From an uncultured Thalassospiraceae bacterium (GTDB lineage Bacteria; Pseudomonadota; Alphaproteobacteria; Rhodospirillales; 2-02-FULL-58-16): DNA of 64,000 nt. The DNA is taken from NCBI GenBank assembly GCA_964632795.1, contig CAZWEZ010000003.1, forward strand, positions 3,922 to 67,921, read 5' to 3'. Every line of letters begins with the position of its first letter. The stretch's first letter is position 1. Positions 44,553 to 54,160 of the stretch are shown piece after piece. The notes under the pieces were generated by a model. The model was not told the origin of the DNA and searched no databases. It worked only from the letters and a program-made list of their open reading frames with translations. A program made the translations under genes and the position numbers.

Positions 44553-45563
44553 TTGATCAAGTTCGCCGAACGGCATCCCATCTGGTCGATCATCATTTTC
44601 CTGGCCGTCATCGTGCTCCTGTGGCTGATCGTCGCGCCGTGGCCCAAGGAACTGACCTCGGTGATCGGGCGCAAGAAGGTCTTCCTCAACGCGCTGTTCA
44701 ACGGCATCACCCTCGGCGGGCTCTATTTCCTGGTCGCCAGCGGGTTCACCCTGATCTTCGGCCTGATGCGGAACGTCAACCTGGCCCACGGCTCGCTCTA
44801 CCTGCTGGGCGGATACATCGGCTACACGATCTCCGATTTGACCGGGTCCTGGCTGTTCAGCTTCGTGGTCGCGTTCATCGCCATGGCCCTGCTCGGCATC
44901 GTCCTCCAGCTCGTCGTCTTCCGCCGCATGGAAGGCGAAGACCTGCGCCAGACCCTGGTCACGATCGGCATCTCGATCGTGCTTGCCGATGTGTATCTCT
45001 GGATCTGGGGCGGTGACTTCTACCAGATCCTGGCCCCCGACTGGCTGTTCGGACCGATCAAGCTGCCGCTGATCACGGCGGTCAAGAGTTCGGGCCAGGT
45101 GGTCTACCTGAAGTACCCGATGGTCCGGATCTTCATCTTCTGCGCCTCGGCCGTCATCGGCGTCCTGATCTGGCTGGTCCTCAACAAGAGCCGGATCGGA
45201 ATGATGGTCCGGGCCGGCGTCGACGACCGCGAGATGCTGTCCGCCTCGGGGATCAGGATCCAGTACGTGTTCGTCGCCGTGTTCGCCTTCGGGGCCGGGC
45301 TGGCGGGAATCGCCGGGGTGGTCGGCGGGACTTTCCAGTCCCTGGCCCCGGGCGAGGACATGCGGTTCCTGCTGTCCTCGCTGGTGGTGGTCATCGTCGG
45401 CGGCATGGGGAGCATTCCCGGCGCCGCCCTGGGGGCCCTGCTGATCGGCCTCTCCGAGCAGTTCGGGTCGGTCTATATGCCGACCTACGCGGTGGTCCTC
45501 ACCTTCCTGATCATGGTCCTGGTCCTGGCCTTCAGGCCCCAGGGACTGTTGGGCAACCGGTGA
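44553..45563 (+). CDS. Branched-chain-amino-acid-type (HAAT) ABC permease, LivH-like
   Basis: LNALFNGITLGGLYFLVASGFTLIFGLMRNVNLAHGSLYLLGGY is the LivH signature region. The ORF opens at TTG 44553, which adds a ~45-aa N-terminal extension, and GTG 44661 is an alternative start. Confidence 0.8.
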   Translation: MIKFAERHPIWSIIIFLAVIVLLWLIVAPWPKELTSVIGRKKVFLNALFNGITLGGLYFLVASGFTLIFGLMRNVNLAHGSLYLLGGYIGYTISDLTGSWLFSFVVAFIAMALLGIVLQLVVFRRMEGEDLRQTLVTIGISIVLADVYLWIWGGDFYQILAPDWLFGPIKLPLITAVKSSGQVVYLKYPMVRIFIFCASAVIGVLIWLVLNKSRIGMMVRAGVDDREMLSASGIRIQYVFVAVFAFGAGLAGIAGVVGGTFQSLAPGEDMRFLLSSLVVVIVGGMGSIPGAALGALLIGLSEQFGSVYMPTYAVVLTFLIMVLVLAFRPQGLLGNR

Positions 45564-46663
45564 GAGCGATGGCACGGCAAAGACACCACGGAGAATCGCC
45601 GACGCCCGGCCAGGGGGAGCTGCCGGTCTGGATCCGCAAGATCCACCCGGTGGTCTGGCTGGTCATCCTGTTCCTTCTGTTCCTGCCGACGTTCACCAAC
45701 AATTTCATCCAGCTCCAGATCTTCGGCTGGAGCTTCATCCTCGGCATGATCGCGCTGAGCCTGATGTTCCTGGCCGGCTACGGCGGGATGATATCGCTGG
45801 TCCAGATGACGGTCGCCGGGTGCGCCGGATACATGGCGGCGATCTTCGGCGACAGCGCCGTGACCACGATCAGCCTGGGTTGGGTGTGGTGGGTGTCCCT
45901 CCCCATCGCCCTGGCCATCGCGGTGGTGTTCGGGACCATCTCGGGCGCCCTGGCGGTGCGCACCGAAGGCATCTACACGCTCATGATCACGCTTGCCATC
46001 GCCGCCGCGTTCTTCTACTTCACCCGCCAGAACTACGTCATCTTCAACGGCTTCAGCGGCTTCAACGCGCTCAAGCCGCCGGCCGTCTTCGGCGTCGATT
46101 GGCGCCATCCGACGGTGTTCTACTACCTGACCCTGTTCTGCGCCGGCTTCAGCTTCCTGGCCGTGCGCTACGTCTCGCGCTCGCCCTTCGGCCTCGCCCT
46201 CCAGGGGATCCGGGACAACGCCCGGCGGATGTCGGCGCTCGGCTTCAACGTGACCGCCCACCGCATCGCCGCCTATTCCTTCGCGGCGCTGATCGCCGGC
46301 GTCGCCGGGATCCTGCTGTCGTGGTTGAACGGCCAGATCTCGCCCGGGACCGCGGGCATCGGTCCGGTGATCGACATCCTGGTGATCGCCGTGATCGGCG
46401 GCCTGCGCCATCCGATCGGGCCCTTCATCGGCGCCCTGGTCTACGTCCTGCTCAAGACCTTCGCCATCGACCTTCTCCAGGGACTCGGTTTCGACAGCCT
46501 ACGCTTCAACTTGGTGGTCGGTCTCGGCTTCCTGGCCATCGTCTTCTATTCTCCGGACGGCGTTCTGGGGCTGTGGGAGCGCTGGCGCCGTTCGAACCGC
46601 CTATTGCGCAAGCGCGACGACCTGCCCCGGCCGGCCGGGGCCGCCACGGGAGACGAGTCGTGA
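45560..46663 (+). CDS. HAAT-family ABC permease, LivM-like
   Basis: ALSLMFLAGYGGMISLVQMTVAGCAGY and the later IGGLRHPIGPFIGALVY. The GTG start overlaps the LivH stop (GTGA). ATG 45569 is an alternative start. Confidence 0.8.
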   Translation: MRAMARQRHHGESPTPGQGELPVWIRKIHPVVWLVILFLLFLPTFTNNFIQLQIFGWSFILGMIALSLMFLAGYGGMISLVQMTVAGCAGYMAAIFGDSAVTTISLGWVWWVSLPIALAIAVVFGTISGALAVRTEGIYTLMITLAIAAAFFYFTRQNYVIFNGFSGFNALKPPAVFGVDWRHPTVFYYLTLFCAGFSFLAVRYVSRSPFGLALQGIRDNARRMSALGFNVTAHRIAAYSFAALIAGVAGILLSWLNGQISPGTAGIGPVIDILVIAVIGGLRHPIGPFIGALVYVLLKTFAIDLLQGLGFDSLRFNLVVGLGFLAIVFYSPDGVLGLWERWRRSNRLLRKRDDLPRPAGAATGDES

Positions 46664-47442
46664 AGACGGTCGCCGAAAGATTGTCGGTGGCCGGGGACGC
46701 TTATGCGCTGGAGCTGAACGGCGTGAGCCGGCTGTTCGGGGCGCTGACCGCGCTGGCGGACATCAACATGCAGGTCCGGGCCGGAGAGAAGCGGGCCGTA
46801 CTCGGTTCCAACGGCGCCGGCAAGACCACGCTGTTCAACTGCATCACGGGGGACTATTACCCGAGCGCCGGACGCATCCGCTTCTTCGGCCAGGACGTCA
46901 CCCGCATCCCGCCCCACGAGCGAATCCGCAAGGGGTTGCGACGGACCTACCAGACCTCGCTGCTGTTCCATAATCTGAGCGTTCTCGACAACGTCTATCT
47001 GGCCTGCCGGGGGGTGTCCCGGGGGCGCTTCTCGCTGTTTAGGACGCGGCGCTCGGACGCCATGATGCATTCGGCCGAGGAACTGGTCGAGGCCGTCCAC
47101 CTCCTGGACGTCAAGTTCCAGAAGGTGGGCGAGCTGAGCTACGGCCAGCAGCGTCAGTTGGAGATCGCCCTGGCCCTCGCCGTGGTCCCGCGTTTCGTGT
47201 TGTTCGACGAGCCGGCGGCCGGCCTGTCGCCGCCCGAACGCGCCGAGTTGATCGAGATTCTCAAGTCGCTTCCCGCCCACATGGGGTTCATCATCATCGA
47301 GCACGACATGGATGTCGCCCTCCGGGTGGTCGAATCGGTGACCGTGATGCACAACGGCTCGATCTTCAAGGAAGGCTCGCCCGAGGAGATCGAAGCCGAT
47401 CCGGAGGTCCAGGAGTTGTACCTGGGTAAGAGACATGGCTGA
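46660..47442 (+). CDS. HAAT-family ABC ATP-binding protein, LivG-like
   Basis: [23 protein letters not shown], Walker [10 protein letters not shown], signature [15 protein letters not shown], and Walker [12 protein letters not shown]. The GTG start overlaps the LivM stop. Confidence 0.85.
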   Translation: MKTVAERLSVAGDAYALELNGVSRLFGALTALADINMQVRAGEKRAVLGSNGAGKTTLFNCITGDYYPSAGRIRFFGQDVTRIPPHERIRKGLRRTYQTSLLFHNLSVLDNVYLACRGVSRGRFSLFRTRRSDAMMHSAEELVEAVHLLDVKFQKVGELSYGQQRQLEIALALAVVPRFVLFDEPAAGLSPPERAELIEILKSLPAHMGFIIIEHDMDVALRVVESVTVMHNGSIFKEGSPEEIEADPEVQELYLGKRHG

Positions 47443-49693
47443 GATCGGGCGCAGCCGGACCAGGGAGCCCGACGCGGTCCTCAGGATCAAGGACCTGCAC
47501 GTCTATTACGGCCACTCCCATGCCCTGCAGGGGGTCAACCTGTCCCTCGAGCACAGCTCCCTTTCGGTGGTCGGGCGCAACGGCATGGGCAAGACGACGC
47601 TGTGCAATTCGATCATGGGCCTGGTCAGGTCCTCGGCCGGCTCGATCCGCTACGAATTGAACGAACTCAGGGGATTGGCGCCCAACCAGATCGCCAACCT
47701 GGGCATCGGCTACGTGCCCCAGGGACGCAGACTGTGGCCGTCGCTGACGGTGGACGAGCATCTGCGTCTGTGCTCGCGCGGCGGCAAGCAGGTGGCGTGG
47801 ACGGCCGAGCGCGTCTACTCCATGTTCCCGCGCCTCGCCGAGCGCCGCAACAACAAGGGCAGCCAGTTGTCCGGCGGCGAACAGCAGATGCTGGCGATCT
47901 CGCGAGCCCTGCTCGGCAACCCCAGCCTGCTGATCATGGACGAACCGACCGAGGGCCTGGCCCCGGTCATCGTCGCCCAGGTCGAGGAGATGCTGCTGAC
48001 GCTGGTCGAGGAGGAGGACGTCGCGGTCCTGGTCATCGAGCAGAACATCGGCGTCGCGACGGCGGTCTCGGAGAACGTCGCGATCATGGTCAACGGCCGC
48101 ATCAACCGGATCATGGACTCCGCCCAGCTGGCCGCCGATCGCGACCTCCAACAGCGCCTCCTCGGCGTCGGGCGCCATGGCGAGGAGGCGATCGAGGAAC
48201 TGGAGCCGGTCGCCGACAGCGAGCCGGAGCCGGAGGGCGCGACCCGCCTCCCCCGCCGCCCGGAGAAGACCGAGGTCAAGGTGTTCATGTCCAACCCGAC
48301 GCCGCCGACCCGCTGGTCGCAACCGGCCGAACGGGCGGCGATCATGGCGGCGGCCAAGACCGTCGGACCGGCCGCCGAGGACGAAGACCTTCCCCAAGTC
48401 CTCCGCATGGAGCCATCCTCGCTCGGCGACCTTCGGGGCGACGTCGCCCTGGTCGTCGGCACCCTGGACACCAAATCGAAAGAACTGAAGTACATCCGGG
48501 ATTGCCTGACCGCCTACGGCGTCAAGGCCAAGCTGGTCGACCTGTCGACCAGCGGCCGGCCATCGATCGCCGAGGTGCCGCCCCACCAGGTGGCGACCTA
48601 CAACCGCAAGGGGCCGAACGCGATCTTCACCGGCGATCGGGGGTCGTCGGTCCGCGAGATGGCGATCGCCTTCGAGAACTGGATCGTCCGCCAGCGAGGC
48701 ATCGCCGGCATCATCTCGGCCGGCGGCAGCGGCGGCACGGCGCTGGTCACCCCGGGGATGCGGCGCCTGCCGGTGGGCATCCCCAAGGTGATGATCTCGA
48801 CCGTCGCCTCGGGCGACGTCAAGAAGTACGTCGGGGGCACCGACATCATGATGATGCACTCGGTGACCGACGTTCAGGGGCTCAACCGGATCTCCCGCCA
48901 GGTCCTCGCCAACGGCGCCCACGCGCTGGCCGGGATGGTCATCGGCCGGCCGTCGGCAAGCCCTTCCCGGGCCGACGGCCGCCAGGTCGAGGAAACCGAC
49001 CTGCCGGCCGTCGGCCTGACCATGTTCGGAGTCACCACGCCCTGTGTCCAGCAGGTCACGGCGGCACTGGAGAAAGACTTCGACTGCCTGGTCTTCCACG
49101 CCACCGGGACCGGCGGCCAGTCGATGGAGAACCTGGTCGATTCCGGTATGCTGGCCGGGGTCATCGACATCACGACCACCGAGGTCTGCGACCTGCTGGT
49201 CGGCGGGGTGTTCGCGGCCACCGAGGACCGGTTCGGCTCCATCGTCCGCTCCCGCCTGCCCTACGTCGGCTCGTGCGGCGCGCTCGACATGGTCAATTTC
49301 GGCCCCCGCGACACCGTACCGACGCAGTTCCAGGGGCGGAACCTCTACGAACACAACCCGCAGGTCACCCTGATGCGGACCACCCCCGAGGAAAACGCCA
49401 GCTTCGGGCGCTGGATCGGCGAACGGCTGAACAGGATGGACGGGCCGGTCAGGTTCTTCATTCCCGAGGCTGGAGTCTCGTTGCTCGACGCCCCGGGACA
49501 GCCGTTTCACGACCCCCAGGCCGACCAGGCGTTGTTCGCCGCCCTGGAGGAGACCGTGACCCAAACGGGCAAGCGCCAGCTCATCCGCCTGCCTTTCAAC
49601 GTCAACGATCCGTCGTTCTCGGAAGCTATCGTCACCGCCTTCCTGTCGATCGCCGGCAGGCCGGCGGCGCGACGGCGGAAAGGGAGGAAGTAA
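47435..49693 (+). CDS. Fusion protein: LivF-like ABC ATPase (aa ~14-248), an acidic/Pro-rich linker (aa ~249-336), and a UPF0261 / Tm-1 N-terminal-like domain (aa ~337-745)
   Basis: LivF part: [59 protein letters not shown]0261 part: [74 protein letters not shown]. It is a single uninterrupted 752-codon frame. Confidence 0.8.
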   Translation: MAEIGRSRTREPDAVLRIKDLHVYYGHSHALQGVNLSLEHSSLSVVGRNGMGKTTLCNSIMGLVRSSAGSIRYELNELRGLAPNQIANLGIGYVPQGRRLWPSLTVDEHLRLCSRGGKQVAWTAERVYSMFPRLAERRNNKGSQLSGGEQQMLAISRALLGNPSLLIMDEPTEGLAPVIVAQVEEMLLTLVEEEDVAVLVIEQNIGVATAVSENVAIMVNGRINRIMDSAQLAADRDLQQRLLGVGRHGEEAIEELEPVADSEPEPEGATRLPRRPEKTEVKVFMSNPTPPTRWSQPAERAAIMAAAKTVGPAAEDEDLPQVLRMEPSSLGDLRGDVALVVGTLDTKSKELKYIRDCLTAYGVKAKLVDLSTSGRPSIAEVPPHQVATYNRKGPNAIFTGDRGSSVREMAIAFENWIVRQRGIAGIISAGGSGGTALVTPGMRRLPVGIPKVMISTVASGDVKKYVGGTDIMMMHSVTDVQGLNRISRQVLANGAHALAGMVIGRPSASPSRADGRQVEETDLPAVGLTMFGVTTPCVQQVTAALEKDFDCLVFHATGTGGQSMENLVDSGMLAGVIDITTTEVCDLLVGGVFAATEDRFGSIVRSRLPYVGSCGALDMVNFGPRDTVPTQFQGRNLYEHNPQVTLMRTTPEENASFGRWIGERLNRMDGPVRFFIPEAGVSLLDAPGQPFHDPQADQALFAALEETVTQTGKRQLIRLPFNVNDPSFSEAIVTAFLSIAGRPAARRRKGRK

Positions 49694-49696
49694 GGG

Positions 49697-50530
49697 ATGC
49701 CGTTATTCGAGCGTGAGGCGCTGGTGGAACGGTTCCGCGACATGGTACGGCGCGGCGAACCCATCATCGGGGGCGGCGCCGGGATCGGCCTGTCGGCCAA
49801 GTGCGAGGAGGCCGGCGGGATCGACCTGATCGTGATCTACAACTCGGGGCGCTACCGGATGGCCGGGCGCGGGTCGCTGGCCGGACTGATGTCCTACGGC
49901 AACGCCAACGAGATCGTCATGGAGATGGCGGCCGAGGTGCTGCCGGTGGTCGAGCGGACCCCCGTCCTGGCCGGGGTCAACGGTACCGACCCGTTCTGCA
50001 TCTTCGACAGGTTCCTCGACGACCTCAGGGCGGTCGGCTTCTCGGGGGTCCAGAACTTCCCCACCGTGGGGCTGATCGACGGCACCTTCCGCGCCAACCT
50101 GGAGGAGACCGGGATGTCCTACGGCCTGGAGGTCGACATGATCGCCCTCGCCCACCAAAAGGACATGCTGACCACGCCCTACGTGTTCGGCGAGGAAGAC
50201 GCCGCGGCGATGGCCAGGGCCGGGGCCGACATCATCGTCTGCCACCTGGGGCTGACCACCGGCGGTTCGATCGGCGCCGAGACCTCCCACAAGCTGGAGG
50301 ACTGTCCGGCGGTCGTCGACGCCTGGGCCGAGGCCGCCATGAAGGTCAACAAGGACACCATCGTGCTGGTCCACGGCGGACCGGTCTCGATGCCCGAGGA
50401 CGCCGAGTTCGTCCTCGCCAACACGCAATGCTGCCACGGTTTCTTCGGCGCCTCCTCGATGGAGCGCCTGCCGACGGAAGTCGCGCTGACCGAACAGACG
50501 AGGAAGTTCAAACAGATCGGCGCCGGCTGA
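49697..50530 (+). CDS. TIM-barrel protein of the PEP-hydrolase-like / Tm-1 C-terminal-like family (COG5564 type)
   Basis: [56 protein letters not shown]...[16 protein letters not shown]. This family normally partners UPF0261. The gene starts 3 nt after the fusion gene's stop. Confidence 0.75.
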   Translation: MPLFEREALVERFRDMVRRGEPIIGGGAGIGLSAKCEEAGGIDLIVIYNSGRYRMAGRGSLAGLMSYGNANEIVMEMAAEVLPVVERTPVLAGVNGTDPFCIFDRFLDDLRAVGFSGVQNFPTVGLIDGTFRANLEETGMSYGLEVDMIALAHQKDMLTTPYVFGEEDAAAMARAGADIIVCHLGLTTGGSIGAETSHKLEDCPAVVDAWAEAAMKVNKDTIVLVHGGPVSMPEDAEFVLANTQCCHGFFGASSMERLPTEVALTEQTRKFKQIGAG

Positions 50531-50555
50531 CGGAGCGAGAGAAGGAGGATCGGTT

Positions 50556-53447
50556 ATGACGGGTCAAATGATAGGCACCTTCATTTTGTGGCTGATCGTC
50601 ACGGTCGTGGTGATCGCGGTGATCGTCTATCTGCTGAACTGGCTGTACCACCGCTCGTCGAAGGAGGTCTCCTTCGTGCGGACCGGTTTCGGGGGACAAC
50701 GCGTGGTGATCAACGGCGGGGCGTTCGTGCTGCCGATCATCCACGAGATAACGCCCGTCAACATGAACGTGCTGCAGATGGAGGTGATCCGCGACCGCGA
50801 CCACGCCCTGATCACCAAGGACCGCATGCGCGTCGACATGGTGGCTGAATTCTATGTCCGGGTGTCGCCGGACGTCGAATCGGTGGCCGTCGCGGCGGCC
50901 ACGCTCGGCCGGCGGACCTTGGAACCGGGCAGCCTGCACGACCTTCTGTCGGGCAAGTTCGTCGGCGCGCTGCGCTCGGCGGCGGCCGAGATGACCATGG
51001 AGGAGATGCACGAGCAGCGCAACGACTACGTCGCCTTGATCCGGAGCGCCGCCTCCGAAGCCCTGGCCAAGAACGGCCTCGAGCTTGAAACCGTGGCGAT
51101 CACCGAACTGGACCAGACCGACCTCGAATACTTCAACCCGTCGAACAGGTTCGATGCCGAGGGCCTGACCCGCCTGATCGAGGAGACCGAATCGCGGCGC
51201 AAGCTGCGCAACGACATCGAGCAGGATACGGCGATCAAGATCCGGACCCGCAATCTGGATGCCGAGAAGCAGACCCTGGACATCGAGCGGGAAAGCGAAA
51301 CCGCCCGCCTGGATCAGGAACGCGAGATCGAGATCCTCCGGGCCACCCAGCGCACCGAGCTTGTCCGCAAACGCGCCGAGCAGGAAACCCTGGCCGAACA
51401 GGCCGAGATCGCCGCCCACGAGCAGACGGAAAAGGCTCGTATCACCCAGGAACGGGCGATCACCGAATCGCGGATCGCCAACGAGGAGGAGACCCAGCGC
51501 CGCGAGATCGAGCGGACCCGCGCCATCGAGGCGGCCGAGATCGCCGCCCGCGAGGAAACCGAACGGGCGCGGATCGAACAGGAACGCAAGATCAACGAAT
51601 CCCGGATCGTCAACGAGGAGGAGATCCAGCGCCGCGAGATCGAACGGACCCGCGTCGTCGAGTCGGCCGAGATCGAGGCCCGCGAGGCGACGGAAAAGGC
51701 GCGGATCGAACAGGATATGACGCTGGCCGCCGAGCGCATCGCCACCGAACAGAGAACCCGGACCCTGGAGATCGCCCGCAACCGGGCGCTCGAGGAAGAC
51801 GAGATCGCGGCCCAGGAGGCCACCGAGGCGGCCCGCATCGCCCAGGTCAAGAAACTGGCCGCCAAACGGATCTCCAGCGAGCAGGAGACCCAGAACCTGG
51901 AGATCGAACGCAACCGGACGCTCGAGGAGGCCGAGATCGCCGCCCGCGAGGCCACCGAGGCGGCCCGCATCGCCCAGGAACTGAAGATCGCCGCCGAGCG
52001 GATCGCCAGCGAACAGGAGACCCAGAGCCTGGAGATCGCCCGCAACCGGGCCATCGAGGAGGCCGGGATCGCCGCCCGCGAGGCCACCGAGGCGGCCCGC
52101 ATCGCCCAGGAACTGAAGATCGCCGCCGAGCGGATCGCCAGCGAACGCGAGACCCAGAACCTGGAGATCGAGCGAAACCGGACCATCGAGGAAGCCGAGA
52201 TCGCCGCCCGCGAGGCCACCGAGGCGGCCCGCATCGCCCAGGAGAAAAAGATCGAAGCCGAGCGGATCGCCAGCGAGCAGGCGACCCAGAGCCTGGAGAT
52301 CGCCCGGGCCCAGGTGCTCGAGGAAGCCGAGATCAAGAAGCAGGACCGGCTGGAGCGAGCCCGCATCGCCGCCGAACTGGCCATCGAGAAGGACCGTATC
52401 GCATCGACGACGACCCGCGAGGTCATCGAGGTCGATCACCGCAAGAAGGTCGAGATCGCCGAGAAGGACCGCGAGATCGAGGTCTCCGCCAAGCAGATCG
52501 AGTTCACCGAGGCCGAGAGGAAAGTCCGCACCGCCGATATCGCGGCCAAGCTGGAGATCGACAAGGCAGACGTCGCCCAGGTCCGGGCCATGGACCAGGT
52601 CCGCATCGAACGCGAACAGTCCCTCGAACAGCTCGAGATCTCCAAACGCCAAGTCTACGAGGAAGGGGAGATCACCTCGCACGAAGATGTCGAACGGGCC
52701 CGCATCGCCTCCGAGCTCGGCCTCGACCAGGCGCGCATCATCCGCGACCGCGACGTCAAGAGGATCGACATCGAGCGCGAGACGGTGGTCGAGACGGCGG
52801 AGATGGAGAAGACCATCGCCCTGTTCGAGAAATCCAAGGAACGTTCCGCGGCCCAGGCCGAGGCGGAAGCCGCCCGGGCCAAGGCCGAACAGGCCCAGGA
52901 AAGGGTGGCCACCGTGCGCGAGGAGGAAGTGGCCAAGCGCATGCACTCCATCGACCTGATCATCGCCGAGAAGGACGCCGAGATGAAGAAGATCGCCGCC
53001 GCCGCCGAGAAGGTCCGCGCCGAGGTGGCGGCCGAGGCCCAGCGCCAGATCAACGAGGCCGAGAACGTGCTCACCGACGAGGCCCGCGTCTCGCTGTACA
53101 GGCGCAAGCTGCTCGACAAGATCGAAGGCATCGTCCGCGAGAGCGTCCGGCCGATGGAGAAGATCGAGGGGATCAACATTCTCCATGTCGAGGGCCTGGC
53201 CGGCGGCGGCGGGGGGGAGGCCAGGAACATGACCGACGAGGTGATGGATTCGGCGTTGCGCTACCGGGTCCAGGCGCCGTTGATCGACAGCCTGCTCAAG
53301 GACATCGGCATCGAGGGGGGCAGCATCTCCAAGATGGGCGATGTCATCCGCAGCGCCCGCGACATGCAGAGCATCGCCAAGGTGGTCGAGGCCGATGCCA
53401 AGAAGGACGGCCAGACCCCCGAAGGCGGCGGGGATTCGGGGGGCTGA
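50556..53447 (+). CDS. Flotillin / YqiK-type SPFH (band-7) domain protein, greatly elongated by an internal 44-aa repeat array
   Basis: N-terminal TM helix (IGTFILWLIVTVVVIAVIVYLL) and SPFH core (FVRTGFGGQRVVINGGAFVLPIIHEITPVNMNVLQMEV...ALITKDRMRVDMVAEFYVRV). A long E/A/R/I-rich helical region follows, then a flotillin-type C-terminus (LRYRVQAPLIDSLLKDIGI). Confidence 0.85.
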   Translation: MTGQMIGTFILWLIVTVVVIAVIVYLLNWLYHRSSKEVSFVRTGFGGQRVVINGGAFVLPIIHEITPVNMNVLQMEVIRDRDHALITKDRMRVDMVAEFYVRVSPDVESVAVAAATLGRRTLEPGSLHDLLSGKFVGALRSAAAEMTMEEMHEQRNDYVALIRSAASEALAKNGLELETVAITELDQTDLEYFNPSNRFDAEGLTRLIEETESRRKLRNDIEQDTAIKIRTRNLDAEKQTLDIERESETARLDQEREIEILRATQRTELVRKRAEQETLAEQAEIAAHEQTEKARITQERAITESRIANEEETQRREIERTRAIEAAEIAAREETERARIEQERKINESRIVNEEEIQRREIERTRVVESAEIEAREATEKARIEQDMTLAAERIATEQRTRTLEIARNRALEEDEIAAQEATEAARIAQVKKLAAKRISSEQETQNLEIERNRTLEEAEIAAREATEAARIAQELKIAAERIASEQETQSLEIARNRAIEEAGIAAREATEAARIAQELKIAAERIASERETQNLEIERNRTIEEAEIAAREATEAARIAQEKKIEAERIASEQATQSLEIARAQVLEEAEIKKQDRLERARIAAELAIEKDRIASTTTREVIEVDHRKKVEIAEKDREIEVSAKQIEFTEAERKVRTADIAAKLEIDKADVAQVRAMDQVRIEREQSLEQLEISKRQVYEEGEITSHEDVERARIASELGLDQARIIRDRDVKRIDIERETVVETAEMEKTIALFEKSKERSAAQAEAEAARAKAEQAQERVATVREEEVAKRMHSIDLIIAEKDAEMKKIAAAAEKVRAEVAAEAQRQINEAENVLTDEARVSLYRRKLLDKIEGIVRESVRPMEKIEGINILHVEGLAGGGGGEARNMTDEVMDSALRYRVQAPLIDSLLKDIGIEGGSISKMGDVIRSARDMQSIAKVVEADAKKDGQTPEGGGDSGG
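51405..52460 (+). repeat. Eight in-frame tandem 132-bp (44-aa) repeat units inside the flotillin gene
   Basis: Units start at 51405, 51537, 51669, 51801, 51933, 52065, 52197 and 52329. The consensus is EIAAREATEAARIAQELKIAAERIASEQETQ(S/N)LEI(A/E)RNR(A/T)IEEA. Units at 51933 and 52065 are nearly identical at the DNA level over their first ~85 nt. More degenerate copies flank the array. Confidence 0.85.
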
Positions 53448-53450
53448 GCG

Positions 53451-53888
53451 ATGGCCAAGATATATTGTTCCAACGTGATCAACGTCCCGGTCGACCGGGT
53501 GTGGGCGCAGATCCGCGATTTCAACGGCCTGGCGGCGTGGCATCCGCTGATCGCCGAGAGCACCATCGAACAAGGCGAGCCACCCGACAAGGTCGGCTGC
53601 GTGCGCAACATGAAGCTGAAGGACGGAGGGATCATCCGCGAGCGGCTGCTGGCCCTGTCGGACTACGACTATTCGTGCACCTACGCCATCGTCGAATCGC
53701 CGATGGGGGTCGACAACTACGTCGCCACCCTGAAGCTGATCCCGGTCACCGACGGCGAGCGCACGTTCGGCGAATGGTCGGCCGAGTTCGACTGCGCGCC
53801 CGATCGCGAGGCAGAGCTGGTCCGGAGCATCGGCGGCGATGTCTTCCAGGGCGGCCTCGATGCCCTCAGGAAGAAGCTCGGGGGTTGA
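53451..53888 (+). CDS. SRPBCC-superfamily (polyketide cyclase/dehydrase, START-like) protein
   Basis: INVPVDRVWAQIRDFNGLAAWHPLIAES...GIIRERLLALSDYDYSCTYAIVESPMGVDNYVATLKLIPVTDG. It is a paralog of 54165-54605 and starts 3 nt after the flotillin stop. Confidence 0.75.
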   Translation: MAKIYCSNVINVPVDRVWAQIRDFNGLAAWHPLIAESTIEQGEPPDKVGCVRNMKLKDGGIIRERLLALSDYDYSCTYAIVESPMGVDNYVATLKLIPVTDGERTFGEWSAEFDCAPDREAELVRSIGGDVFQGGLDALRKKLGG

Positions 53889-53894
53889 GGCGCA

Positions 53895-54160
53895 AGTGTC
53901 CTGTTTCCTAAGCTCGTGGTATTTAGGATCGCTTTTCCCGGCCTCCGGGCAGGAGGCGGCGCGCAGGCGATGCCGGCCCATCGGCAAGCGTCGCCGACGC
54001 CCTCCGGAGGCCGGGAAAAGCGACCGTTCGGCGGCCATACATGACCCTCGGACGTCGTCGCGCGGCCCTTGTGATGCGACGGCATCACGGCGGACCACGC
54101 TCCTAACCGAGTGTCATGTATGGCCGTCCTAAATGCCACGAGCTTAGGAAACAGGACACT
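53895..54160. repeat. MITE-like element with nested inverted repeats between the two SRPBCC paralogs
   Basis: The outer arms are agtgtcctgtttcctaagctcgtggtatttaggat (53895-53929) and gtcctaaatgccacgagcttaggaaacaggacact (54126-54160), reverse complements apart from a few mismatches at the inner end. The inner arms are cgcttttcccggcctccgg (53930-53948) and ccggaggccgggaaaagcg (54004-54022), which pair perfectly. Confidence 0.7.

Noticed and set aside
51405-52460. Regular 132-bp tandem repeats, considered as a possible CRISPR array or non-coding satellite
   Set aside because: The units are contiguous with no unique spacers and are in frame. They translate into a coherent helical 44-aa repeat within a flotillin gene, so this is a coding repeat and not a CRISPR array.
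50508-54098. The longest ORF in the window (1196 aa, minus strand)
   Set aside because: It is antisense to the flotillin gene. The product is low-complexity (G/D/L/R-rich) and simply mirrors the GAG/GCC-rich repeat codons. The plus strand carries a clear SPFH/flotillin homolog with a TM helix and RBS context.
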